In this document: in pieces, positions 11,676 to 23,300 of the stretch
Position numbering within the stretch: position 1 is the first letter of the stretch
Layout: each line of letters opens with the position of its first letter
Source: Phoronis australis
Taxonomy: Eukaryota; Animalia; Phoronida
Direction of reading: 5' to 3'
NCBI GenBank assembly: GCA_002633005.1
Contig: NMRA01000951.1
Coordinates: 1-64,000, forward strand
DNA: 64,000 nucleotides
Made by a program: the position numbers and the translations under genes
The notes under the pieces: model-generated
Told to the model about the DNA's origin: nothing
Seen by the model: only the letters and a program-made list of their open reading frames with translations
The model's database searches: none

Positions 11676-14600
11676 TATCTGCGATCCCAGATGGCTGTTA
11701 CACGGTCTCAGTAAGGAAAGATTTTGCTCGACAGGTAAGTCGTCAACGAATGACCGAGGCGCACTTTCAATGCTAACCATAAAGTTTTCTGAATGTTATG
11801 GTAGATTTATTTTACTGCCTACCAGTACACCGACATTACAATATTCCTGTAGTAAAATTCTTGGTGTCTTTGACTGAGTATTTTTTGCGTTATTTTACTG
11901 TTTTAGTTGTTTAGGCCACGGGCTCGGTTTCGTCCACTTGTGTAGTGGATTAATTTGAGCAAACAAAGAAGCCATATTTACAAGTGTTTCTCATGTAAAA
12001 GTAAGGGGACTCAAGGTAAGGGCTGTTGAAACCAATTAAGATTTGTTGTGTCATTGTGTGATCTAAGGCATAACAGCAATCCTTGAGTAATAATCATTTA
12101 ATAATCTTCTCTTTTCCGAATTCATGTCATCTTGCAGTGTGTATAGAGACTGACAGTCTATACAGCCTGTTAGTGCTAGTCTTGATACTCTAGCAGCCCT
12201 ACACAACTAACTAGTCTTGTGGCTGTTTATGTTGACTGGCAGTCTATACATGTAACCAGTTAGTCCTACTTTTGATACTCTCTGCAAGGCTAACTGTGTA
12301 GTCTTGTGGTTGTATACAGGACATGCTGGTAGTCAATACACCCTGCTAGTGGTAGTCTGGATATTCCCAAATTGGTGGTTTGTATTAATGTTATTTGTTG
12401 TTCTTCAGGGCGTTGCACCAGTCATGACAGACAAGCATGAGTGGACTGCTCCACTGACAACTGCCAGCACTTTCAACTTGCATAGCAGGGAGTTACTAGA
12501 AGGTGCTGATGAAGACAAATGAATTGAGAAGGGGTCATCTGACCATGATGCATTCAAAAGAACCCAACATTGGTGAAGAATGCTTCGCCATCAACAGCAG
12601 GTACCTATTCTAGCTTTGGATAATGGCACATTATAGCATTCTGTAATGTTAACAGCAACAGAAAGTGTATTGTTTTTACCAAGGTATCAGCAGCCAATTG
12701 CCATCTCACGTTAACATGGATTTGATTTTATGTTGTAGAACAAGAGATGTGTTGGGAATTTTCAACCTGCTGATTCTTATGTACTCTGGCAAGCGTTTTG
12801 CTACTCTCAAGGCCTTGTGTACCGGCTTACCAGAATTCTGCTAGCTATCAAGGATCACAGCAGGCCAGTCCTGGAAGATGAAGCTGGCAATGCAAGGTAA
12901 TTAATATAGCTGCGCCAAACATGCATTTTGGCTACTGGTGTGGCCACGACTCAGTATTCAACAGGGGTTTAAAACTAAATTGTAAGTGGCCATTAGTGGG
13001 GTAGTGCTAAAGTGAGTGATAATTTAGGACTCTGCTAGAAACAAAGGGGCAAACACAAAATTGAGATGAGAAGACGTGGGAAGACCTTTTCTGCAATGAA
13101 CAAGCCATGCCACATCCTGTTATGTCCCCAAGGCTACATCAGTGCAGCTTATGACAAAAAGACCACCTGCAATGCTTACAAGAAAGTTGAATTTGATTGT
13201 TCCTTGAATGGGAGATGATAGGCATAGCAGTGACACAGCTTTGAACATTGGATTGCCTTAGGTCCTGGGTGACAGCCCCAGGTGCAGGCCTTCATCTAGG
13301 TGGCATCTAGGGTGTCCAACTACACAACCCGACATGAATTTAGACACATTAGGTAGGTCGCCCTATTTAGCTTTTGGACACCCAAGTAAAGCGTACCATT
13401 TTTTAGCTAACAACAGCCCTGGAAGCTAACTGTCCTGTCTGAATAAGAAAGTTAAGACATGGTGTAAGATGGGATAGACTTTATTACAGACCACAGTAAC
13501 ATTCCACACCATTACAGCGATTTGACTTAAGGTCATAGAAATAGTCAAGAGTAATTGGTCATGGATGCTTTCACTAATTAGAAAACTCATTTTGAATGCC
13601 CTATTCTTTAAATCATGTATGAACCACCTGCTAAATGCTAATATGTGGTGGGGAACAATTCAGCCACCCTGTGACAAATGCTGCTATTTGTATTGTTTTC
13701 GCTTCTTGAAATGTGTGAAACTCTAATCACTTAATTAACTATTTGTAGTATATTTTTGTATTTTGAATAACGAAAACATGTTATCCAGTGTTTGAAATGA
13801 CTTCGAAAAAGTTTCTAAAACACTGAAAGAGGTGCATAATGTACTGATTGTTTGTAGAGTTTCATATGTTTCACACTCTTCATGTTTCAGGGTAAACCAA
13901 TGCTGCTGCATTCATTTTCGTGTCTGGCAATGGCATTAACAAATTGTTATTTTTTCTAGGGGAGCAACTTATCTTCAACAAGAAGAGCAGGAGATGGTTG
14001 ACCATTCCGGTGAAGGCTTCTAAGAGCTATGACGAGGTGATGATTGTAAAAACCCGGTTAAAAGACAAGTCAGACATGGACTGCCTCCATGAACATAAAA
14101 GCAAAATGACTCCCGCTTGTTGTCTGACAACATTGCCGTCTTCGAATTATTGCCATCAGTAGAAGTCAATGCGTCAAAGAAGCTGCCTGACAGAGGTTAT
14201 TTAAGATGATATGGNATGCTGCACTTATCTGCGATCCCAGATGGCTGTTACACGGTCTCAGTAAGGAAAGATTTTGCTCGACAGGTAAGTCGTCAACTTG
14301 AACGGATGTCCAAGGCGCACTTGTTACAGCATTGCTAACCATACTTAGTTTTCAGAATGTTATGGTAGATTTATTTTACTGCCTAACAGTACATAACACA
14401 CCGACATTACAATATTCCTTTAGTAAAATCCTTGGTGTCTTTGACTGAGCATTTTTTGCGTTATTTTACTATTTAGTTGTTTAGCCCTCGGGCTCGGTTT
14501 CGTCCACTTCTGACTTTTGCGAAGTCATGTCATCTTGCAGTGTGTATAGAGACTGACAGTCTATACAGCCTGTTAGTGCTAGTCTTGATACTCTAGCAGC

Positions 14601-16060
14601 CCTACACAACTAACTAGTCTTGTTCTTGTATATGTTGACTGCGTGATACGGTGGGCTTTGGGCACCTACTTACCACAAATTTTACCACTTCAGCACTGTC
14701 CAAGAAGGAAGTTTTGTTTGTATTTTGTGCTGAATTTTAGATGACAGCCTTGACTTTGAATTCACGGTCACATTTAGAAAATCAAGATTTTACTTGGAAA
14801 ACATTTGCCCATGCAATTTTGTGTATTTACACAAAGGTGTAGGTGGCCTATCTCCAGGTGTTAGTCACATTTTGAAGGTCACAATATGCAATTACATAGC
14901 CCTGAATGCCGCATCTAACCCAGCAACCAACCAAGGGGTTACGTGTTGCCTAAGGTCACTGTAGCGTTTTCATTTCATTGACCTAATAGACATGAAAATA
15001 CATCAGTTATTATTGTGTTCACAAAGGTTGAGAGAGGCTTTCATTAAGATTGGTTTCAAAATCATTACCATTTAAAATTATGAAAGCCTTGAAAACTATC
15101 ACATCCTGATAGGCATAGCAGTGACACAGCTTTGAACATTGGGTCGCCTTTGGTCCTGGGCGGCAGCCCCAGGTGCAGGCCTTCATCTAGGTGGCATCTA
15201 GGGTGTCCAACTACACAACCCGACATAAATTTAGACACATTAGGTAGGTTGCCCTATTTTGCTTTTGGACGCCCAAGTAAAGTGTACCATTTTTTAGCTA
15301 ACAACAGCCCTGGAAGCTAACTGTCCTGGCCGAATAAGAAAGTTAAGACATGGTGTAAGATGGGATAGACTTTATTGCAGACCACAGTAACATTCCACAC
15401 CATAACGGCGATTTGACTCAAGGTCATAGTCAAGAGTCATTGGTCATGGATGCCTTCATTAATTAGAAAACTCATTTTGAACGCTCTATTCTTTAAATCG
15501 TGTAAATGCTAATATGTGGTGGGGTGCTGTTATGTGTATTGTTTTCTCTTCTTGAAATGTGTGAAACTCTAATCACTTAATTAACTATATGTAGTATATT
15601 TTTATATTTTGAATAACAAAAACATGTTATCCAGTGTTTGAAGCGATTTCGAAAAAGTTTCTAAAACACTGAAAGAGGTGCATAATGTACTAATTGTTTG
15701 TAGAGTTTCATATGTTTCACACTCTTCATGTTTCAGGGTAAATCAATGCTGCTGCATTCATTTTCGTGTCTGGCAATGACATTGAAACAATTGTTATTCT
15801 TTCTAGGTGAGCAACTTATCTTCAACAAGAAGAGCAGGAGATTGTTGTCCATTCCAGTGAAGGCTTCTAAGAGCTATGACGAGCTGATGATTGTGAAAAC
15901 CCGGTCGAAAGACATGTCAGACATGCACTGCCTCCATGAACGTAAAAGCAAAATGACTCCTGCTTGTTGTCTGACAACATTGCCGTCTTCGATTGATTGC
16001 CATCAGTTGAAGTCAATGCGTCAAAGAAGCTGCCTGACAGAGGTTATTTAAGATGATATG
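11676..16060. repeat. Two diverged tandem copies of a 2-2.5 kb segment joined at a single N (14215); probable allelic haplotypes or tandem duplication
   Basis: 11676-12220 matches 14225-14630 and 13216-14214 matches 15107-16061. The middle parts are non-homologous. The junction is the n at 14215. Confidence 0.75.
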
Positions 16061-16269
16061 GCAACTGGGTGTTATTCAGTCATGTGCCCTAGTTTGTTGC
16101 AGACGATCATCTGGTACTACAGTTTGGTTTATAGTATAATCATGTTATATCCAGTTATGCAGAAGTTAACATGTTCAGTCAGGCCGTCGACCTTCAAACT
16201 CTATCATGGGCAGTTTGTGTAGTGTCAATTTGGAAACTGTCAAGGCTTGTAATTTCCTTTTTTAAGAAG

Positions 16270-16583
16270 ATTTACTCTCTTTTGGTTTCGATTTCCTCTT
16301 TATGTCTCTTTTTTATCATTATTTTGACTTCTATACCAAAAATCTCTATCAAATACCCTAGAATTAATTTGTGGAATGATACATCACCTGTCATTGATCA
16401 TTGCAAGCCCTGAACCTTAACTTTGTGCAAACAATTTCAATTTCCTCTTTATGTCTCTTTTTTTGATCATTATTTTGACTTCTATACCAAAAATCTCTAT
16501 CAAAGACCCTAGTATGAACTTGTGGAATGATAGCTGTCATTGATCAGTCCAAGCCCTGAACCTTAACTTTGTGCAAACAATTT
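16270..16583. repeat. About 170-bp tandem duplication within an interspersed repeat also present at about 21270-21440
   Basis: atttcctctttatgtctctttttt..tcattattttgacttctataccaaaaatctctatc..aagccctgaaccttaactttgtgcaaacaatttc occurs twice. Similar text appears at 21290-21380. Confidence 0.6.
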
Positions 16584-17117
16584 CTTTATGGAGCGTTTGG
16601 TTTATAGAAACACTTTCTACATGGTGAGTAAGATACAACTGGTATACCAGTTTAACTTGTATTACCATTGGATAGTTTTCTTGATTCTTAACTATTTTCT
16701 CAGCCAAATGTGTAGTCAGTGGTTTGTCTTCAGGTGGGTCATAGAGAGGCAGATATTTGTATACAAGGGTCACCATAAAGCTTTTGTGTTACGTAAAATT
16801 ATGTTTTTAGTGATTTTTTACTGCTTAGGCAATTCACATTCATATTAAAACCTGCATTTAGAAATCTTGAATTTGAGAGTGATGGTGTTGAACATTACAA
16901 TATATATTTTGAATGACTATGCTGTTGGGTTAGAGGTTGTGCTTGTAAGTAAGGTGTGTTACATGAGTAGCAGATTGCAAAAGCTATAGAACTTTTAATC
17001 AGAAAATGTTGCAACTTCTGATTATGGGCCATGGCCAAGCAACCAGGAGACTATGTCTATTGAAAGGACATCTTGTTTTGTTAATTTTGTCCAATCATCT
17101 TTCTGTCACCTGCTAAN

Positions 17118-18660
17118 ACAGCCTATGATTCTGTGAATCAGCCTAAACTGGAACCATCTCAGAGAAGCATCTTCTGTGAATGAATAGATGTAAAAGAAAA
17201 CATTGTACCACCATTCTGCAGTATCAGGGAGATTTAATTTTTTACTCCACTTCATTTGACACTTTGTTTTTCCACAATTCTGAGAGACAATAACGTGGTA
17301 AATTTTATCTACTCCTTTGACATCTCCCAAAATAACTTCAATGTATCGTGGACGATGCGGTAAAATTACTTGATGCTTTCCCCCTCTGAGATGACTCCAG
17401 GTAGCATATAATGAGCTTCGTAGACCGTAAAAATTTCTGTATAAACTCCTCATAATTAAGGAAGCAACCATCAGAATTAAGTAAATCGTGTACATGAGTT
17501 ATGCCTTTTTGAAACCACCGTTTATAGAAAAAATGGTTTGTTATCTATCAGTATATTCGAATTAAACCATAGAGGCTGATAAATACCATCGTTTTTGGGA
17601 ACTAAGAAACTGAACTCATGGATACATTGAAAAACCTCTTTCCAAAATACATTAGAAGTTATATGGGACATCTTTGAAAAATAGAAATCCCCGAACATTA
17701 AGTAATTCTCTGAAACTCTTGATAACAGACCATTTGCTAAAACTGCCCATGGACTTGTAGTACTTTGACAAAGTAGTCTACGAAACCAAGTTAGTTTAAT
17801 GGCTTTCATAAAGGAGCTGACGTCAATCATTCTAGCTCCGCCAACATTGTACTCTTGAGCCATAATTTTACGACATATTTTTTCCGTTTTACCGTTCCAT
17901 ATAAAACAGTAGAACATTTTGTTAAGCTGCTTCAGGAAGGCCTGTGAGGGGGTCGGGAGACTTGTAAAAAGATGAATAAGTTTTGGCATAATTATTGATT
18001 TCACAACTGTTATTTTTCCAAAAAGTGTCAAGTTTCTTTTTCCCCAGATGCCAATAGCCTTCTCTATTTCACCAAGCTTGCTGTTAAAATTAATTTTATA
18101 TAAATCACTGGAGAATTTAATACCCAGTAAAGTGAATTCCGATGTTGCCCATTTCAGTTTTACGTCACAGCACATTTTTTGATAGCTACCCTTCATAGAA
18201 CCTATCCAAATACAAATTGTTTTTTCCAGATTAGGCTTTAGACCAGAATACTTTGCAAAATGGTTTAAAATGTGAAGTGTTTTCCGCAGAGACTGCTCCG
18301 AGCCATCTAAAGATATAACTGTATCATCTGCATACTGCATCAGTTTGTATTCCATCGATCCGACCTGGATGCCCTTAACGCTATTGTCTAGTCTAAAGAG
18401 CCAGCCCATAATCTCTGCACATAGAATAAAAAGGTATGGCGATAACGGATCACCTTGCCTGCAACCACGCCCTCTGTCGAAAAAGTTAGATGTGACATCG
18501 TTTGTATAACACATTGCTTTGCCCCTCTGTTTAGTATATGGACCCATTTTTTCATTGAGTGACCAAAATTAAAGAAATTTAAGACTTTGTCAATAAAAGA
18601 CCAAGATAAGGAGTCAAACGCCTTTTCAAAGTCCACCAGTACAAGTAAACCCGGTTTATT
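17118..18660 (-). mobile_element. Truncated, frameshifted non-LTR retrotransposon ORF2 (L1/Tx1-type reverse transcriptase)
   Basis: RT motifs PGLLVLVDFEKAFDSLSW, RGCRQGDPLSPYLF, QYADDT, SGLKPNLEKT, LGIKF and GKITVVKS, plus C-terminal LRWFQFRLIHRI. These are spread over three ORFs (18388-18636, 17522-18547, 17106-17495). Confidence 0.93.
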
Positions 18661-19639
18661 AAACTGCTATACTGCATCAAGTCATAAGTCTAAGTGCAGC
18701 CCTTTGTCATTGACGGTGGCGGGTGCAGATTCCAAATCGCAGAATTTCAAAATTACGTCTGATATACAAGAAAGTTGTTTAATTAAATACAACGACACAG
18801 ATCTTGACACTTTCACTAAGTTGCATAGAATATCCTACGTAGTTGCCGTGCCACGATAGCGTGGCGTCAGTCTTCGAAATTATAGAGGCGTGGTCCCACC
18901 AGCCAAATGTTAATGTGTAGCTTAGTGTAGTGGCCATCAGGGTCGTCCATCTCACTAACTGGTGGTTGATTAAGAGTTGTATGTTAAAAAGAAATTATTT
19001 ATTATTCTTACTCTATCTGATAACAGGGGGTCGACGACAGAAAAAAAAAATTCATAGGGGTCCAAAGTAAAAAACGTTTGTCGACCACTGCTATAGACCA
19101 TAACGAGGCTATACAGCTCTGATCTTTTCAGGCTCACGATTGGTCATAGAAATAACGCCGATTATGCCTAATTAACAAAAATGGCGCAATGAGCTCTTCC
19201 CAAAAAATTTCATGGCATATGCGCGCACCAAGGGGGGGGGGGGGGGCNNNNNNNNNNNNNNNNNNNNNNNNNNNNNNNNNNNNNNNNNNNNNNNNNNNNN
19301 NNNNNNNNNNNNNNNNNNNNNNNNNNNNNNNNNNNNNNNNNNNNNNNNNNNNNNNNNNNNNNNNNNNNNNNNNNNNNNNNNNNNNNNNNNNNNNNNNNNN
19401 NNNNNNNNNNNNNNNNNNNNAAGGTCCACAACGTTAGGAATTCGAGCCCCCCATGTTGAAGGCTGGGTGCGCGCATGTTCATTGATTTAAAATTGTTCTA
19501 TTAAAAATTCCTTTACCCGACTCTTTGACAGACAGATCTTTCTGTTCGTGAACATTCAATATTACTGATGAAACGTGTTGATCTGAACCTAACATAAAAG
19601 AAATGGTCATTAGTCGGCGGCGAGGAATTTTCAGAATTT

Positions 19640-19733
19640 AAAGTTCGCGTCACGTCAGTGCATTCTGGTTCATTCTGGTAGTTTTAGCCGGTGTAGAAGA
19701 TGGGGACGATCATAAGCTGACTCCGCAATGGAG
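19640..19733 (+). promoter_or_regulatory. Probable PDCD10 promoter and non-coding first exon
   Basis: CpG-richer segment with an ATF/CRE-like gtcacgtca followed by initiator-like tcagt/cattct. Donor GAG|gtaggc at 19733/19734 pairs with the acceptor cctcag at 20296. Alternative donors exist at 19861 and 19897. Confidence 0.45.
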
Positions 19734-20328
19734 GTAGGCAATGACCATCGCATCTGTTGGCCCGAACCAGAACTCCGGAGGACGCCTGACGCTGTTGACT
19801 ATCAAGTGAAATTTAAATTTTAAACAATGTGGGTTATGTTAGCGGACATTCCTCTGAGAAGTAAGTAATCCAGAAGGCAATGCGGTTAACATAAAAGTAA
19901 GTAATTATATTTATGGCAGTGGTACCAGTATACGTGTTTTTGTCGGTACCCAGTTCCAAACAGTTACTCAACTTCCCGTAAGAGAACGCTCTTGTCAATA
20001 TGCTCCGACAACAAATACACGATATCCAAAACGAGACAACGACCTCCACCCTTTTCGCCATCTTGTTTCCTGTCTTGTTTCCTGGTTTTATGTTTGGGAA
20101 ATGGTCAAACTTGCGCTGTGATTTGGATTGATATATTTTAGATTTTGTCGTTAATTCTTTAGAAAAAACGATTTAAAATCTTTCTCTTATCAATACGCGT
20201 GAGTGGTCGTTCAATAAAAAGCTACGTTCTTCAGATTTTAACCCAGTCATAACTGACCATCTCATTCGGAATTTCTCAACATCTTTCCTCCCTCAGTTTG
20301 AACTGGAAAGAAAATTAAATTCTGAAGA

Positions 20329-23300
20329 ATGACCATGGGCGACGAGACGCTATTTTCTGCCATGGCTCTTCCAGTTATTGTTGGGCCTATTCTTGAAAAG
20401 GTAGGTGTTTGTTTTAGTGTGTAATTATGAGTGATCATTCATCAGCCTATCTTAGCTCAAACTCCGCTCGGTGCGGCAACGCCCGGTCCTGTATTTTGGA
20501 GAACTCAGAACCACTGGCGTCCTCAGCTTCTGGTCGTTCACAATACACTTTATAATACTACAAGGTATGACACTCCCGACTCGAAATTCCATGAGTGCTT
20601 CACTTCAGCCATCCATAGCAAACACAAAACTCAATAAATTTACACAAAACTAGAGAGTTCAACAAACCATGAGAAATTGTTCTTTCTCCCAATACCATTT
20701 ACGGTTTCCTGATTCACCCAGTTCGCAAGAAATTCGCAGTCAAAGCACAAAAATATTTCCAAAAAGCCCGTCCGGAGCAACTCCTCTGTAAATCGAAGGT
20801 CAGGGACGATATGGAATTATCCAATGAGCTATGGATGAACGACAATTGCCGATTGTCACGATTTCGTAACTTTCCGTGACAAATCAGCAACTGCTGTTCA
20901 TCTGTAAGTCATCGAATAATTCCGTATCATCTTTAACCTTTGATTCACAGAGGAGTTGCTCCGGACGGGCTTTTTGGGAAGATTTTTGTGCTTTGACCGC
21001 GAATTTCTTGCGAACTGGGTGAAGCAGGACACCGTAAACGGTATTGGGAGAAAGAACAATTCCTCATGGTTTGTTGAACCTCTGTTTTGTGTAAAGTTAT
21101 TGAGTTTTGTGTTTGCTATGGACGGCTGAAGTGAAGCACCCGTGGAATTTCTAGTCGGGAGTTTCATACCTTGTAGTATTATATAGTGTATTGTGGACGA
21201 TCAGAAGCTGAGGATGCCTGTGCTCAGAACCAGTTACTCCTTTTAATAACGTTTGTTATTCAGTGGAAAAGCACTTGAAATTTTCCTTAAGAGGTTTTCC
21301 TCTTTTTTGGTTCAGATTTCCTCTTATTTGATTTCCAGTGTCTTCTTTTTTCATCTTTTTTATCATTATTTTGACTTTATTCTTATAAAAATGTTAATTT
21401 CAGTTAAATTTTACTACACAAAAGATATTTCTATCACACAAGCCTGTTTATTTGTCGAACGATACATCATCTGGAAAATTTTCCTCTTTTTTGCCATTGG
21501 TCATTCCAAACCCTGGTGGAAGTAAGTGTTTACATTATGACTTCAAAATCGCACTCACTTGATAATGATATTTTATGAATCCTCTCTCATGTTTATGGAT
21601 TGGATTCCAAAAATTCGTAAAAGCTGTAAAACATACAAGCCAGTGTGCCATTTCCAGTGTTCCATTTCCAGGTCACAAGTCAAATGTAAGGTGCTAGTGA
21701 TTAAGTACTAGTATTTGCCATGTCCGAAGTATTCTATCCTTGTAGAAAATGTCTTCTTTCTGACTTACTATGTGCAGATTTCTTAAAATTAACTAAAAGT
21801 AGTAGATAATTTTGCCTTTTTCACAACTCGTCACTTAAATGAAAAGTACAGCAATAGATAGTAGTGATGTGGTTGTCGTTGGGATGACCACACGATCATA
21901 ACCACTGACTGCTGCTGTGACTCTCTGTCATTGTATTCACATGTTTCAGTTGGAATCACGTGACCTAGCTGCTGCTCAGACTTTGAAGGCAGCCTTCACC
22001 AAGGTAGAGACGCACTACCCAGGCTTCAGTTACGACTTTGTCAAGGGGGTGTTAAGGCGAGCTGAGGTGCAGGATAAAGTGAACATGTGTGAGACTCTAC
22101 TGAGACTGGAAGGACAGAATGACACAGAAGGTACTAGTGAATGCACTACTGAATGTACTTCGTACACTAACCTAATGAATGAACTATTGCTCCAGGATAG
22201 GGAATGTACTTGTTCACTAGGGTAGTGAATGTACTAGTGCACTAGGCTAGTGAGTGTACTAGTGCTCCAGTCTAGTGAATGTACTAGTGCACTAGGCTAG
22301 TGAGTGTACTAGTGCTCCAGTCTAGTGAATGTACTAGTGCACTAGGCTACTAAATTTAGTAGTGCACCAGGCTAGTAGGCTACACACAAGCCTTTTAGGA
22401 CTTTCGACTAATGCATTAGTCATAGAGAGGCAGTTTCATGAAAGTGTGTAAAACAGAAATTTGGTTTTACGTTGCGTAAGACAATATTTGTGTCATAAGT
22501 CACTTTCATGAAACAAACCCCTGAGGTTGTAGACTGAAACTTGTGGGCTGCAGCTCAGTGTAAAACTCTCCTAACATTGCAGCTAAGGTGGCACTCAATA
22601 CTCTAACGACAAATTTTAGGTAGATCTGGTCATAGTAAAGCAAAGCCTCCCAGTTTATCAACTGCTTTATAACCTTTCATTTCCTTTTTTGTATAAACAT
22701 CAGCGGGCTATGAAAAATGAATTTAGGTGCAATTTCTTCAGTAGTGTTTTTCATCAAGTGGGGGACACCGGCAGAAGCAATCTTTGCCTAATAATTACTT
22801 TTGAAGAAGAAAAATTGCCACAATTGGCGTTTTTCTTCTGTCAAAAACTTTAGTTTTGTGAATGGTCACAATGTATCTAACACTGTCTGAAGGTACTGTA
22901 GCTATGGTAACGCCTTTACTTCGTGCTACTGATCTTTTGCAAAAGAGGTAAAATAAAAATTCACCAATTGCGCCATGCTGTGTCCTGGTGAGGTTCACCT
23001 TGAATGCGCCTTTTAATGTTGTTTAGCTTTGATAATAAGACATTAGTTTTCAAATGGATTTTACATCTGTGACTTTTAGATGGCATGTCCAAAAAACTTT
23101 TGTTCCAATATGATTAGTAGAAAAATACTGTGACGCCGGTTAAGGTAAATTACACAAATGTTTAACATAAGAGCCTGTGAAAGCAAGATTCCTAGAAAAT
23201 ATTTTGACAACATTATGTCATGTGACTTCAACAAAAAATCTCATCTTTATGATTTTAACATTTTGAACTGCACTGAACAAATACTGTGACCTGAGAGATT

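Noticed and set aside
19834-20061. 75-aa minus-strand ORF starting at caagATGgcg
   Set aside because: No recognisable protein; better explained as YY1/ETS motifs in the first PDCD10 intron.
22131-22378. CRISPR-like array (also 29960-30120 and 52975-53187)
   Set aside because: Contiguous units without unique spacers, no cas genes, and a eukaryotic intron/UTR context.
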